A stretch of DNA of 32,000 nucleotides, taken from the NCBI RefSeq assembly GCF_008000775.2, contig NZ_CP042905.2, positions 2,130,001 through 2,162,000 of the forward strand, given 5' to 3'. The notes beneath the pieces are model-generated. The model ran no database searches. It saw only the letters and a list, made by a program, of their open reading frames with translations, and was not told the origin of the DNA. Source of the stretch: Promethearchaeum syntrophicum (GTDB lineage Archaea > Asgardarchaeota > Lokiarchaeia > Sigyniarchaeales > Promethearchaeaceae). Both the position numbers and the translations under genes were made by a program. Below, one piece after another: positions 17,168 to 26,710 of this stretch (the first letter of the stretch is position 1; every line of letters starts with the position of its first letter).

Positions 17168-19582
17168 ATGATTAATACAGAAATGGATACAACACCTCTT
17201 CCAGTAAAAATTGAATTACGACATGCATTAAGTTTACTGAAACAAGGAAAAACGTTAGATGCTTTAAAGAAATTCGAATTTTTGCAGGGTGAAATGAAAG
17301 CTCAGCAACATTCTGATTTATCTACGGTGATTTTAAATTATTCCTTAGCTTTGAACATGTTATATGACCGAAATTTAGCTGCTGCTAAAGAATCACTCTA
17401 TCATGATGATGAATTAAATACAGCAATTATTCTAGTAAATACTTTAAACCAATATGAAATTTTAAGAAATATTAGCAGTGAAAATGATCGAACCCTACAA
17501 AAAAAATCTCAAGTTTTTTCTAATTTGGAAGAGAAATGGGTATTAAAAAAATTAGGAATCATAAGAAGCACTGAAATTCAAAAAAGGCATTTCAATAGAA
17601 GATTTGAAGATATAAAGGCTGATTTTGAGTTTACATTTAGCATTTTCTTTGAAATTTTTCAACCTATCATTGAAGAAATTAATAAGAAGCAGTATAATGT
17701 CGATAGCATTAACAAGACGATCCAAATTATATACAAAGAAATTGGAAAAGAATATATTAATTTAGCAAAGAATGCAATTAAGAAAAAAAATATAATTAAT
17801 TCTATAAAGATTCTTGAAAAAAGTCGGTTAATTTTTAAGGATGACTCAAAAAATTTAAGAATCCAAGGATTTTTAAGTGATTTGCAAAGAAATATTGATG
17901 ATTTAACTGCAGAATATTATTTAAAAGCGGGAAATTATTATCGGAATAAGAATCAATTTAAAGAATCTGCTAAATTATTCAGGAAAGCTTATCATTACTA
18001 CCGCATCCAAAAAGAAGAGGATAAGCAAAAAAAATCCAAAGAAGATTATCTTAAAACATGTGTAAAATTCGGGCAATATAATTTAAAATTAGCAAATCAA
18101 TATAGTAAAAATTTAGAAACAGAAGATGCAATTTTATATTTTCAAAAAGCGATTGAAAATTTTAAGAGTATTAATGCTAAAAAAGAAGAATCATATGCGA
18201 CTGAACAGTATAACAATTTTATAATATATATGGGTGATGTTGAACTTAAAAAAGGTCAAAAAATGAATTCTGAATCATTAGATGTGCTAAATCAGCAAAT
18301 CAACCATTTTCACAATGCTCAAGATATGTATGCAAAAGCTTCAAATGAAAGAAAAATTAAGGATTGTAAATCTCTACTGATTCGTTCACTAAAACAAAAA
18401 ATGAAGATTCTGAGTAAAGAAACTCAAAAAGCACATAAAAATAAGAACTATAATTATGAATTTCTCATTTTAGAGGAATTACATTTATTGTGTTATGAAT
18501 TAGAAATGGTTTCAAAAGCACAGCAATATGCAGAAGAATTAGAAAAACTAAAACCAAAAGTCAATTTAGAACAAGTTGAAGAACTAAGAAAGACTAAATT
18601 CGACGGAATGGTAAATCTTGAGCAAAATGAAAATGGGTTATTATCTGATAAGATTAAAACCCAAATTATTTCCCCTAAAAATCCAGATTTTAAAACAGAA
18701 AAAAATGATCTACCTAATGTTTTTGGTGATGATTTAAATACAACAGTGTTAATTCGTAATAATAGAATGTCAAAAAACGTTAGTTCTGAGACCACAATAA
18801 GACAGCCAAATCATATTTTCCCCGGATCTCAATTTTCTTCTAATTTATTTCAAGAAACACTTAAAATACAAAAATTTAGCAGTATCCATAAAAAGAATGA
18901 ATATAAAGAACTTAAAAAGGTAAATCAGATTGTAAAGAAGTTTAATTCCCAAGGATTTTTAGAGGAAAACGAAATTCAAACTCTTCAAATGTATGGATTA
19001 AATCTTCCTGAGCAACTAATATACTACCATAAATATCCTAATTCAAATTACCAATTTTATGTATTGAAAACAAAATCAGAATATCCAAAAGTTCTCCTAA
19101 TACCTACAAAAAATCTGATTAAGAAAAAATCATATTTCGGTTCAATCATTGATAAAATCGACCCTTTTATTAATACTTCATCTGAAATATTAAATTCTGT
19201 GGAAATTTTAGAGAATCATATAAAATTTGCCTTAAATCATCCAAAGTGGAACCAAATAATGGAAGGTTTTCAATATTCTACATTGGATATATATTTTTCT
19301 TTCTTAAACTCTTTAAGATTGTTTTCAAAGAGTTCTACTAAATCTTCGTTAAAAGAAGTAGCGAAATTTATAAATTCCTCATTAGTTGCCGAATATTTAA
19401 ATATTCCTACCGAAAAGATGGAAAAAAGGTTAGAAGAGCTTAAATCGGTAAAATATTTTGAAGAGATTTTCAGTTGGATTGATAATATTAATAATAAATT
19501 ATTTTTTATAGGGATGTTTTATTTTGCACGAAAAAAGTATATGAAAGCTAGTATCTTATGGTGCAAACTAATGGTAAGTTGA
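17168..19582 (+). CDS. Large TPR-like helical-repeat protein (804 aa)
   Basis: Repeated helical hairpins such as AEYYLKAGNYYRNKNQFKESAKLFRKAYHYYR, QYNLKLANQYSKNLETEDAILYFQKAIENFKSI and NQQINHFHNAQDMYAKASNERK. Possible helical/winged-helix C-terminal part. Confidence 0.72.
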   Translation: MINTEMDTTPLPVKIELRHALSLLKQGKTLDALKKFEFLQGEMKAQQHSDLSTVILNYSLALNMLYDRNLAAAKESLYHDDELNTAIILVNTLNQYEILRNISSENDRTLQKKSQVFSNLEEKWVLKKLGIIRSTEIQKRHFNRRFEDIKADFEFTFSIFFEIFQPIIEEINKKQYNVDSINKTIQIIYKEIGKEYINLAKNAIKKKNIINSIKILEKSRLIFKDDSKNLRIQGFLSDLQRNIDDLTAEYYLKAGNYYRNKNQFKESAKLFRKAYHYYRIQKEEDKQKKSKEDYLKTCVKFGQYNLKLANQYSKNLETEDAILYFQKAIENFKSINAKKEESYATEQYNNFIIYMGDVELKKGQKMNSESLDVLNQQINHFHNAQDMYAKASNERKIKDCKSLLIRSLKQKMKILSKETQKAHKNKNYNYEFLILEELHLLCYELEMVSKAQQYAEELEKLKPKVNLEQVEELRKTKFDGMVNLEQNENGLLSDKIKTQIISPKNPDFKTEKNDLPNVFGDDLNTTVLIRNNRMSKNVSSETTIRQPNHIFPGSQFSSNLFQETLKIQKFSSIHKKNEYKELKKVNQIVKKFNSQGFLEENEIQTLQMYGLNLPEQLIYYHKYPNSNYQFYVLKTKSEYPKVLLIPTKNLIKKKSYFGSIIDKIDPFINTSSEILNSVEILENHIKFALNHPKWNQIMEGFQYSTLDIYFSFLNSLRLFSKSSTKSSLKEVAKFINSSLVAEYLNIPTEKMEKRLEELKSVKYFEEIFSWIDNINNKLFFIGMFYFARKKYMKASILWCKLMVS

Positions 19583-19630
19583 AATTTTTTTTTAATTTAT
19601 TCAAATTTAATTTGATGTTTTTCTCCTATT

Positions 19631-20488
19631 TTAAAGCTGAATTATTAATAAAATTGCACCTATTGACATGATAATCCCTCCAATTAATCTTTCTCTAATT
19701 TTTTCTTTAAAGAAAATATATGAAAAAATAATTGAGATGATTACGGACAACATAGAAAGGGGTTCAGCAAAAGTTAATTCCATTTCGGTTAAAGAAATTA
19801 ATAAAAATAAATAAGTAAATGCATTGGTTGCACTTCCAATTAAAAACTCCTTAGGACGGGATTTTAAAGTTGGAATGATGTGTTTAACTTTTTTAGTGAA
19901 TAGTAAAATGATGAATATATCAAAACTAATTAAAAAATAGAGAGCAATGCTATATTCTCCAGAATTGAATGATTCAACTAAATAAGTGTCCATTACACGG
20001 CCTATTGCCATCAAAATTGAAACTAACATCATTAATTGGCACCCTTTATTTGTGTAAACAGCTTTTAAAGAGTCTATTAATCTTGATTCTTTATTTAGGA
20101 AAATAGTTCCAAGAAAAAGCATAAAGATTCCAATCACTTTGAGAAGATTGAATGTCTCCTCTAAGAAAATTATTGAAAGTATGAGTAAAAAAAAGACATT
20201 AAAATTATAAAAAGGTACTATTAGGGATACCTCATAATTTGAAAGAACATAAATATAAATCAAAAAAGCAGCTGTATATATTGCTGCACTTGGAAACGCA
20301 TATAATAAAACACTTGAATCCCAAGAATAAAAGAATAAAATGGGAAGAAGAATAATTGTTGCTATAAAAAATAACAAAAACGTTGAAATTATTGAATTTT
20401 TTTCTTTTCCCGCTTTTTTGAAGGCAATTCGTTCATATCCTAATAATAATATTCGGCCAGTTAAAGCAGAACTTGCAATAATTCCCAT
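19631..20488 (-). CDS. EamA/DMT-family transporter-like permease
   Basis: About 10 hydrophobic segments with the duplicated EamA pattern (VSLIVPFYNFNVFFLLILSIIFLEETFNLLKVIGIFMLFLGTIFL; ELTFAEPLSMLSVIISIIFSYIFFKEKIRERLIGGIIMSIGAILLI). The called ORF extends to 20536, but ATG 20488 has a GAGG-type RBS just upstream. Confidence 0.82.
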   Translation of the reverse strand: MGIIASSALTGRILLLGYERIAFKKAGKEKNSIISTFLLFFIATIILLPILFFYSWDSSVLLYAFPSAAIYTAAFLIYIYVLSNYEVSLIVPFYNFNVFFLLILSIIFLEETFNLLKVIGIFMLFLGTIFLNKESRLIDSLKAVYTNKGCQLMMLVSILMAIGRVMDTYLVESFNSGEYSIALYFLISFDIFIILLFTKKVKHIIPTLKSRPKEFLIGSATNAFTYLFLLISLTEMELTFAEPLSMLSVIISIIFSYIFFKEKIRERLIGGIIMSIGAILLIIQL

Positions 20489-20545
20489 TATTCTTCCTCT
20501 TTTTTTTTTGATAAAAAAAAATATATTAAGATTCAAATTTTTCCA

Positions 20546-21595
20546 TTATAATTCTTCTATTTTATTGGATATTGCTGATTTATACATTAATTCGACAATT
20601 TTAAGAATTTTTAGACCAAATCTTCCATCAGTTTGCGCTTTTTTACCAGTTTCTATACATTCAATAAAATGTTTCATTTCTTGTGGATAACCAAATGTCC
20701 AAGCTTCATCAGGAACCGGATAAGTCCAACCGATGGTTCCTCCCGCTTTTTCAACAGAATATCCATAACCTTTCTCACTATAGGCTACGATAGGTGTCAT
20801 CCGACAAGGATCCGCGATAACTTGTCCTTTCGTTCCATAAATTTCAAACAATATACTATAACCACCTGGAGCTGTCCAAGATTCTTCAATGGAGACTTGT
20901 GCACCATTTTTAAAATATAAGATTCCCATTACATTATCTTCAACATCACATATGCCAAATTCACCTCTGTCTGGTTGAATTGTTGTGATTTGACAGAAAA
21001 CACTTTTTATTTCATCTTCTAATAACCATATCAAACAAGCAATATCATGAATTCCTAAATCGATCAAGGCACCTCCACCTGAATTTTCTTTCTTATAGAA
21101 CCAAGCACTGTGGGGTCCCGAGTGTTGCTCTTTACCTCTTGCTTTATATATTTTCCCTAATCCCCCTTCTTTGATTATTTGTTTCATTTTTTTAAAAGCG
21201 GGTGCATAAATATTATTTTCACAATAAAACACATATTTTCCTCTATTTTTTGCTGTAGAAATAATTTCTTCCCCTTCTTTAACAGTTCTTGCTAGTGGTT
21301 TTTCAATCATTACATGTTTTCCTGAATTTAATGCAGCGATAGCGACTTCTTTATGCAAATTATTTGGTATACATATACTAACAGCATCAAGATCCATTTT
21401 TAGTAAATCATTATAATTCTCTATTGGTTCTCCAAGAATATCATATTTTTTCATTAAATCCTTTGCTTGCTCTACTAGGAGCGATGATATACCAACAATC
21501 TCAACGGATGGGATTTGTTTATATGCAAAGCAGTGATAATCGGCAATAAAACCAGATCCAATTATTCCAACTTTTATTTTTTTCATAATATTCAC
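20546..21595 (-). CDS. Gfo/Idh/MocA-family NAD(P)-dependent oxidoreductase
   Basis: Rossmann start IKVGIIGSGFIADYHCFAYKQIPSVEIVGISS, DAVSICIPNNLHKEVAIAALNSGKHVMIEKPLARTVKEGEEI (EKP motif), GGGALIDLGIHDIACLIWLL. Confidence 0.93.
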   Translation of the reverse strand: MNIMKKIKVGIIGSGFIADYHCFAYKQIPSVEIVGISSLLVEQAKDLMKKYDILGEPIENYNDLLKMDLDAVSICIPNNLHKEVAIAALNSGKHVMIEKPLARTVKEGEEIISTAKNRGKYVFYCENNIYAPAFKKMKQIIKEGGLGKIYKARGKEQHSGPHSAWFYKKENSGGGALIDLGIHDIACLIWLLEDEIKSVFCQITTIQPDRGEFGICDVEDNVMGILYFKNGAQVSIEESWTAPGGYSILFEIYGTKGQVIADPCRMTPIVAYSEKGYGYSVEKAGGTIGWTYPVPDEAWTFGYPQEMKHFIECIETGKKAQTDGRFGLKILKIVELMYKSAISNKIEEL

Positions 21596-21652
21596 TTGAC
21601 TATTTTTGAAATAAATTTATTTGAAATTTGGCCGAATATAATATGAAATTAT

Positions 21653-22864
21653 ATGAAAGATATTTCCCCGAAATTTCAGAAATGGCCAATATGGACTGAT
21701 GAGGATGTCGAAGCCGTAGCTGAAGTTGTCAGAACCGGACAATGGTGGTGTGGAGCTCCAGAAGATCATGCAGGAGAACAAGTTTGGAAATTTCAAGAGG
21801 AATTCGCACAATTTCAAGAAGTGAAACATGCTTTTGCATGCACAAATGGAACGCATGCTATAGAAATTGCACTTATGGCACTTGGGATTGGGAGTAATGA
21901 TGAAGTAATTGTGTCTGATTGGACCTTTCTTGCAAGTGGTTCTGCTGTCATCTCAGTTAACGCAGTTCCAATTTTCTGTGATATAGATCTTGATACTTTT
22001 CTAATAGATCCTAATATATTAGAATCTTTGATTACCGAAAGAACGAAAGCAATTTTATGTGTTCATTTAGGAGGAATGCCCTGTGAAATGGATAGAATAA
22101 TGGAAATTGCACGAAAATTTAATTTGAAAGTAATTGAAGATTGTGCACATGCTCATGGTAGTAAATATAAAGGAAAAATGGTTGGAACTTGGGGAGATTG
22201 TGGAACTTTTTCCTTTCAAGCAAGTAAAGTACTAACTGCTGGAGAAGGTGGTGCAATTATTTGTAATGATGATAATTTGGCAAAAAAAATATACAGTGTT
22301 TTAGATAGTGGAAGAAAATCTGGAGAATGGTTTTACGATCATTTCAGTTATGGATCTGATTTTAGATTAGGAGAAATGAATGCTGCATTATTGAGAACTC
22401 AATTAAAACGTTATCCTCAGCAGTTAAAATTAAGAAATAAAAATACAAAATTTATGCATGAAGAGCTTACAAAAATTCCCGGAGTATACCCCCAGAAAAG
22501 AGGTGAGGGAGTAGAATCTTGTGCTCAATATGTTTATCCTGTTTATTTTGATCCAAATTTCTTTGGGGGAATTGGATTTAAAAAAATGTACGAAGAACTA
22601 GAAGCTGCGGGAATCCCTACAGATGCTTGTTATCCTCCATTACACACTCTTGATTTGTTCAAAGATATCAAATTAATGCCCAATGTTGATTATAGCAAAG
22701 CTAATTGGGGTGGAGTAAAATCCAATCCTGAAAATTTCCCCAACATTGAGAAAATTTATGCAAATGCATTTGAGTTGGATCATAGAATTTTTCTTTCAAA
22801 TCAAAATGCTTTGGACTATGTGGTAGAAACTATTAAAAAAATACAGAAAAAACATAAAAAATAA
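21653..22864 (+). CDS. DegT/DnrJ/EryC1/StrS-family PLP-dependent aminotransferase
   Basis: WPIWTDEDVEAVAEVVRTGQWWCG, TNGTHAIEIALMALGIGSNDEVIVSDWTFLASGSAV, VIEDCAHAHGSKYKGKMVGTWGDCGTFSFQASKVLTAGEGGAI (PLP Lys). Confidence 0.93.
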   Translation: MKDISPKFQKWPIWTDEDVEAVAEVVRTGQWWCGAPEDHAGEQVWKFQEEFAQFQEVKHAFACTNGTHAIEIALMALGIGSNDEVIVSDWTFLASGSAVISVNAVPIFCDIDLDTFLIDPNILESLITERTKAILCVHLGGMPCEMDRIMEIARKFNLKVIEDCAHAHGSKYKGKMVGTWGDCGTFSFQASKVLTAGEGGAIICNDDNLAKKIYSVLDSGRKSGEWFYDHFSYGSDFRLGEMNAALLRTQLKRYPQQLKLRNKNTKFMHEELTKIPGVYPQKRGEGVESCAQYVYPVYFDPNFFGGIGFKKMYEELEAAGIPTDACYPPLHTLDLFKDIKLMPNVDYSKANWGGVKSNPENFPNIEKIYANAFELDHRIFLSNQNALDYVVETIKKIQKKHKK

Positions 22865-22880
22865 TCGAAATTTTTTTTTT

Positions 22881-23696
22881 TTAGATAATTTCTCCTTCTG
22901 GGACTCTAATTAATCCCAAATGCTCAGGTTTTGGAAGTAATCTTCCTTCTTCACAACCTATCGCCTTATCTTTGAAGAATTTAAAAATTATTTTTGTAAT
23001 GCCTTTTGGTAAATGGTCTTCATTGTCAAATAACACTATTCGATATCCTTCTTGTTTTTTCAATATCCCCTTTTTTAATCTTGAAGGTAATTGTAAGAAA
23101 GTGGGAAAAAAATTAAGTAGTTTGATTTCAAATGAGTTCCACTGGCTTAAATGTGCCCTTCTTACTTTTTTAACCTTTCTTTTATCACTTATATTAATTG
23201 GAATGAAAAAATCCGGGCTCAAAGTTTGAAAAAAAAGCATTCTTTTTGGTCTTTGATTTGGGTTCATCCCTTTTAGGGCAAAATAATAGTTTCTTCCAAC
23301 AGCCATATGATCGACATGTCCATCCATATAAATGAAAGGATCTGGACCGATAATAACATCAGGATTCAATTTTAAGATAAATTTCATTAGTCTGTTTATT
23401 GCCTCTTTGTTGTATGGAACATATCCATCAATATAATTCATCCAATGTAATTTAACATGAGCAATCCCTTTTTGATTAACTCCATAAGACTCTGCAGCTT
23501 TTACCATTTCGGATCTTCTGATTCGCTGGATTCTTTTCCCTTTAAATTCTGCTCTAGGTGTTCCATATTCATCACAAGTTGCTAGAACTTGATGAACCCT
23601 CCAACCATATTTAACTGCTTGAATGCACAAATTTGCACAAAATGCTTCTCCATCGTCAGGGTGAGGATTGACAAATAAAATCTTGGGTTTTTTCAC
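22881..23696 (-). CDS. PIG-L/LmbE-family deacetylase
   Basis: ILFVNPHPDDGEAFCANLCIQAVKYGWRVHQVLATCDEYG, NPDVIIGPDPFIYMDGHVDHMAVGRNYYFAL. Confidence 0.9.
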   Translation of the reverse strand: MKKPKILFVNPHPDDGEAFCANLCIQAVKYGWRVHQVLATCDEYGTPRAEFKGKRIQRIRRSEMVKAAESYGVNQKGIAHVKLHWMNYIDGYVPYNKEAINRLMKFILKLNPDVIIGPDPFIYMDGHVDHMAVGRNYYFALKGMNPNQRPKRMLFFQTLSPDFFIPINISDKRKVKKVRRAHLSQWNSFEIKLLNFFPTFLQLPSRLKKGILKKQEGYRIVLFDNEDHLPKGITKIIFKFFKDKAIGCEEGRLLPKPEHLGLIRVPEGEII

Positions 23697-23772
23697 AATT
23701 ATAATATTATTTTTGATAACTAAAATAAGTTAGAAAAAAAAGCAATCTTAATCGATATATTTCAAAAAAAAA

Positions 23773-25863
23773 TTAATCATCTAAAACTGGCTTGATTTGT
23801 AGATATTCATTTACCAACGGTTTCGGTGTCCCTGTAGCTTTATTTAAATCAGATATTGCAAAGTTTAAATCCAATTTTTTTAGTGTTTCTTTTTTTGGAA
23901 CTCCATCTTTATTGTAACCCATGTTTTCATAGTAATCTTGAGCAATAACTTCTAGATCAATTGATTTCTTTTTTAGCGGTCCCTTTTTTTGGGGGGGTGA
24001 TCCAATAACCCGTTGGGGTATTTCGTGTCGGATTGCACCCTCACGTGCATTAAACATTTGTCGCAGTGTTTGAATTCGATGACCTGTTTCGAGTAACTCT
24101 CCAAGATCGATATTCCATCCCGTGAGTGCATTTATTACCTGAAGATAGGGAAACGTTCCCATATTTGCCGAAAAAAGGCATAACCCGTTGCATTCCAATG
24201 TTTGGTGAAATTTAGCTGTTTTTGCTTGTAAAGATCCCAATTCAGATGGACTTTTAGTTTTCATCTTTCCGAGTCCTTTCAAGAAATGCTTCCCTCCCAT
24301 CATTTCAAAATTAAGAGATGCAGCTGTATGCCTTCCGGGTGTGGGATCGGTAATATAAGTTACTCCCAACATCGGATCTAAACGAGGGTCATGCATAGGG
24401 ATCTCTTGCCCATTCGCATTCATTGCAAATGATTTGGAGTTCTTTATTTTTTCAGAAGCAATTTTAGTTCCATCAGCCAATTTATCTCCAATTCCTTCCC
24501 GATTAACCATAAGTTGTAATAAAGTTAATAAATTAGAATGGTCTTTCCAATTCGGAAAGAACCCTTGTGGATAATTCTTACATTTAAAATCTTCTTTTGT
24601 TAACAATCCTTGTTCACAACATTCGATAACAAATGCTACTGTATTTCCTGCAGAAATTGAGTCCATCCCTGATCGATTCAAAAATTCGTTCACTTTTAAA
24701 AGGAGATCTATATCATTATTAAGAATAAGTGCTCCAAAAGCGATACATGTTTCATATTCTGGACGGTGAGTTTCTTTTTCTTCATACGGAAGTTCGTTAT
24801 ATTCCAAAATGGCACCACAGCGGGCAGGGCAAGCGAAACAACCATACTGCTTCTTCATTCTTGCTCGTAAATTTTTTCCTCGCAATTTCATAGCTTTTTT
24901 CGGTGGATAATCAATATAGCCAATTCCTTTGAAATTCTTAATCGGGCTATCTCCATTTTGAGTTGATAAAACATTTACAGCAGGAGTCCCAAGTGCTGAA
25001 CTTGAAAACATTTGAGAGGTTATGATCTCCAATAATGGACCATCGAGTACATCATTTCTTAATTTCATTACACGCATAAATGGTGCTAACCCATCGAATG
25101 TGGTCATCAATTTAGTTAAGAGTCCTTTCTTAGCATTTTTTTTAAATTTGATTCCATATTTTTTTACATATTTCATAAGTTCTGCTTTATTATGATATTT
25201 CACACGTTTTTTTCCTCGAATGCAGAGAGCTTTTAATTTTTTGGATCCCATCACCGCTCCCAATCCACTTCGTCCAGCGATTCTACCGGAATCATTTACA
25301 ATCCCGGATATTAACGATAAGTTTTCGCCTGCCAGTCCAATAGAGGAAATTTTAAAATTTGGTCCGTGATTTTGTTTCAACATTTTTTCGGATTCAATAA
25401 TATCTTTTCCCCATAATTCTGAAGCGTCAAGAAGTTTCTTATCATCTCCATCGATAAACAGATATACGGGTTTTTTTGATATTCCCTTAAAAAATATTGC
25501 ATCATATCCTATTTTTTTAATCTCTGGTCCGAAGGTCCCTCCTGAATTAGCATTACCCCAACCTCCGCTGGATTTTTCCCCATTAGTTCGAATACCTTTA
25601 CCAGTTAAAGGGCTTTTTCCACAAATCATAAATCTACCAGAAAATTGGACTGGAGTTCCTGTTAATAACCCTGGACAGAATCCCAGAATATTATCTGGAC
25701 CTAAAGGATTGCAGTTGGGTAAAATGTGTTTATATATATAACTTATCCCTAATCCATATCCTCCATAATACTGGCGGTATATTTCATTAGGGATTACTTC
25801 ATCGGTTAAACTCAAATTGGTTAAATTTACAACTAAAATTTTTCCATGATATCCTAAATTCAT
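23773..25863 (-). CDS. Aldehyde:ferredoxin oxidoreductase (AOR) family tungsto/molybdopterin enzyme
   Basis: YHGKILVVNLTNLSLTDEVIPNEIYRQYYGGYGLG, GRFMICGKSPLTGKG...NSGGTFGPEIKKIGYDAIFFKG, VNDSGRIAGRSGLGAVMGSKKLKALCIRG, CFACPARCG and a distal CNGLCLF. Confidence 0.92.
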   Translation of the reverse strand: MNLGYHGKILVVNLTNLSLTDEVIPNEIYRQYYGGYGLGISYIYKHILPNCNPLGPDNILGFCPGLLTGTPVQFSGRFMICGKSPLTGKGIRTNGEKSSGGWGNANSGGTFGPEIKKIGYDAIFFKGISKKPVYLFIDGDDKKLLDASELWGKDIIESEKMLKQNHGPNFKISSIGLAGENLSLISGIVNDSGRIAGRSGLGAVMGSKKLKALCIRGKKRVKYHNKAELMKYVKKYGIKFKKNAKKGLLTKLMTTFDGLAPFMRVMKLRNDVLDGPLLEIITSQMFSSSALGTPAVNVLSTQNGDSPIKNFKGIGYIDYPPKKAMKLRGKNLRARMKKQYGCFACPARCGAILEYNELPYEEKETHRPEYETCIAFGALILNNDIDLLLKVNEFLNRSGMDSISAGNTVAFVIECCEQGLLTKEDFKCKNYPQGFFPNWKDHSNLLTLLQLMVNREGIGDKLADGTKIASEKIKNSKSFAMNANGQEIPMHDPRLDPMLGVTYITDPTPGRHTAASLNFEMMGGKHFLKGLGKMKTKSPSELGSLQAKTAKFHQTLECNGLCLFSANMGTFPYLQVINALTGWNIDLGELLETGHRIQTLRQMFNAREGAIRHEIPQRVIGSPPQKKGPLKKKSIDLEVIAQDYYENMGYNKDGVPKKETLKKLDLNFAISDLNKATGTPKPLVNEYLQIKPVLDD

Positions 25864-25924
25864 TTATTTTTAATTCCTCAGATAATTGCATAAATCAAAA
25901 TTTAAAAATTTATTTTTATAATTT

Positions 25925-26683
25925 TCATTCAGAATCGAGTAGTTGTAATCCAGAAAGAACTCCATGACAATTACAAGTAGTACCAACTAGAATTTCTATT
26001 GGACAATTGTTCGAATTCCCATCTATGAAGGTAAAAAGTTTATCTAATCGGTTCTTTATCAGTTTTCCTTCAATACCACCGTACCCTGGTCCTATTTGAG
26101 TACTTTCAAAACCAAAATAATTGTTTTCTGAGAGTTCATGTTCTAAAAAATCTGAAACTGTAATAGGTTTTTTTCTTTTATGAAAGGGGCAATAATCTAA
26201 TGGACTTGGGCAATTTTCTGGACATTTTTCTTCCCAATCTGCATAGGAAAAATATATCTCTGGGTTATCAAATGAAAACACAAATAATTCATCAGGTTTT
26301 TTGAAGATAGATCGGGGTTTAACTGCAGTTAAATTGATATTTGGAAAATTTTTGTGAATAAAAACTTTAATTAATTCGAAAATTACATGTATTGGGGCAG
26401 TAGGAACAATGTAATTTGGATTTCTTATTTTCATTAGTTCATAAACAGTTTCTATAGTTCCTTCAATAAAAAAAAACATATTTTGCTTAAGTTCTGATTT
26501 AAAGATTATTCTATTTTGTAAAATTCTCTTTTGAGCTTCTTCAATTTTCATTTTAGGAAATTTATTGGCTAATAAGCAATTTGAATCATTATCAATTATG
26601 AACGAAAGGATTGGATAATCCATTGTTTTAATAAAATGGGAGCCAAATTTCCCCCCACCGAAAATAATATTGTAATCGGACAA
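25925..26683 (-). CDS. Uncharacterised protein: Rossmann-like N-terminus plus Cys-rich C-terminal half
   Basis: N-terminal YNIIFGGGKFGSHFI. C-terminal CPENCPSPLDYCPFH and GTTCNCHG. Located between meaB and the AOR gene on the same strand. Confidence 0.72.
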   Translation of the reverse strand: MSDYNIIFGGGKFGSHFIKTMDYPILSFIIDNDSNCLLANKFPKMKIEEAQKRILQNRIIFKSELKQNMFFFIEGTIETVYELMKIRNPNYIVPTAPIHVIFELIKVFIHKNFPNINLTAVKPRSIFKKPDELFVFSFDNPEIYFSYADWEEKCPENCPSPLDYCPFHKRKKPITVSDFLEHELSENNYFGFESTQIGPGYGGIEGKLIKNRLDKLFTFIDGNSNNCPIEILVGTTCNCHGVLSGLQLLDSE

Positions 26684-26710
26684 CTTTTTTTCCCGCTTTC
26701 AATCATTTTA

